DNA of 63,250 bases, counting the filler, from Octopus bimaculoides (taxonomy: Eukaryota), in assembly GCF_001194135.2 (NCBI RefSeq). It is 5 parts of 5 records of this genome, joined end to end, with 100 filler letters (N's around TTAATTAATTAA, not from the genome) between each part and the next. Parts side by side here need not be neighbours in the genome. Positions count along the whole stretch, not along the records: positions 62,130 to 63,250 come from NW_026303713.1; 4 more parts are not named here. One strand, 5' to 3'. Positions 62,771 to 63,250 of this stretch are shown one piece after another. The position numbers were made by a program, and so were the translations under genes. Numbering within the stretch: the first letter of the stretch is position 1; each line of letters begins with the position of its first letter. Below the pieces are notes generated by a model. It saw only the letters and a list, made by a program, of their open reading frames with translations, did not search any database and had not been told where the DNA came from.

Positions 62771-63250
62771 GTAATATGTATGTATTTATATATCTCTCTC
62801 TATATATATCTTTCTCTTTCTCTCTCTCTCTCTATCTCTCTCGCTATACGTATATATATATATATAGTGATCTTCATGTACAAATAAATAAGTTTTGTCA
62901 TGTGCAATAGCGAAGTGCATTTAATATATGCAACAAACTGAAACTTGCATATATTCAACAGGTAAGAGCGTTTTCGATCTTTAACTTATGAAATTTTACA
63001 TTTTATAAAAGTATATAGATAGATATATGTACGTTCATGTATATAAACACGTGTATATACATATGCTATATATACATATGTGTATATACATATGTTAATA
63101 TATATATATATATTTTTTCATATGCTTACATACACATATATAGATACGTGTATGTCTAATATATAAGTGTAGGTGTAGAGCTAAAAAAACCAATGCAATT
63201 TATAAGATATGACAAAAGTTGAAAATATGTAATTTTATCTGGTATTTCAA
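62130..63250. repeat. Small scaffold almost entirely (TA)n/(TG)n/(CT)n low-complexity sequence
   Basis: Directly visible; no credible coding signal. Confidence 0.8.

Overview
Eukaryotic, AT-rich, microsatellite-dense animal DNA. The RTE-LINE/(GAT)n and SINE repertoire suggests an octopus or other coleoid cephalopod (inference from repeat style, not proven). The window is not contiguous: four identical 100-bp linkers (N44-TTAATTAATTAA-N44) join five unrelated scaffolds (1-22135, 22236-44216, 44317-58799, 58900-62029, 62130-63250). Scaffold 1 holds eight + strand coding exons of an NRAMP/SLC11 divalent metal transporter (middle and C-terminal part; first exons and last exon absent). Its introns are full of RTE LINE 3' ends in both orientations, SINEs, a mariner-type MITE and hairpins. 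Scaffold 2 holds the most novel item, a head-to-tail tandem pair of genes for a secreted protein family I do not recognise, both on the - strand. Gene A is complete: 5 coding exons, 280 aa, signal peptide, 3 N-glycosylation sequons. Gene B is truncated by the scaffold end after exon 2. Both share a 64-nt signal-peptide exon, a phase-1 intron, a 60%-identical exon 2 with a strong synonymous-substitution excess, and a conserved ATTGATT/TATA/Inr promoter with identical spacing. The ORF track shows neither gene as a spliced model. Scaffold 2 also carries relics of an RLE-type retrotransposon, mariner, Tc1 and probably Penelope. Scaffolds 3-5 are mostly non-coding, apart from a CR1/L2-type LINE fragment and one weak candidate transmembrane exon.
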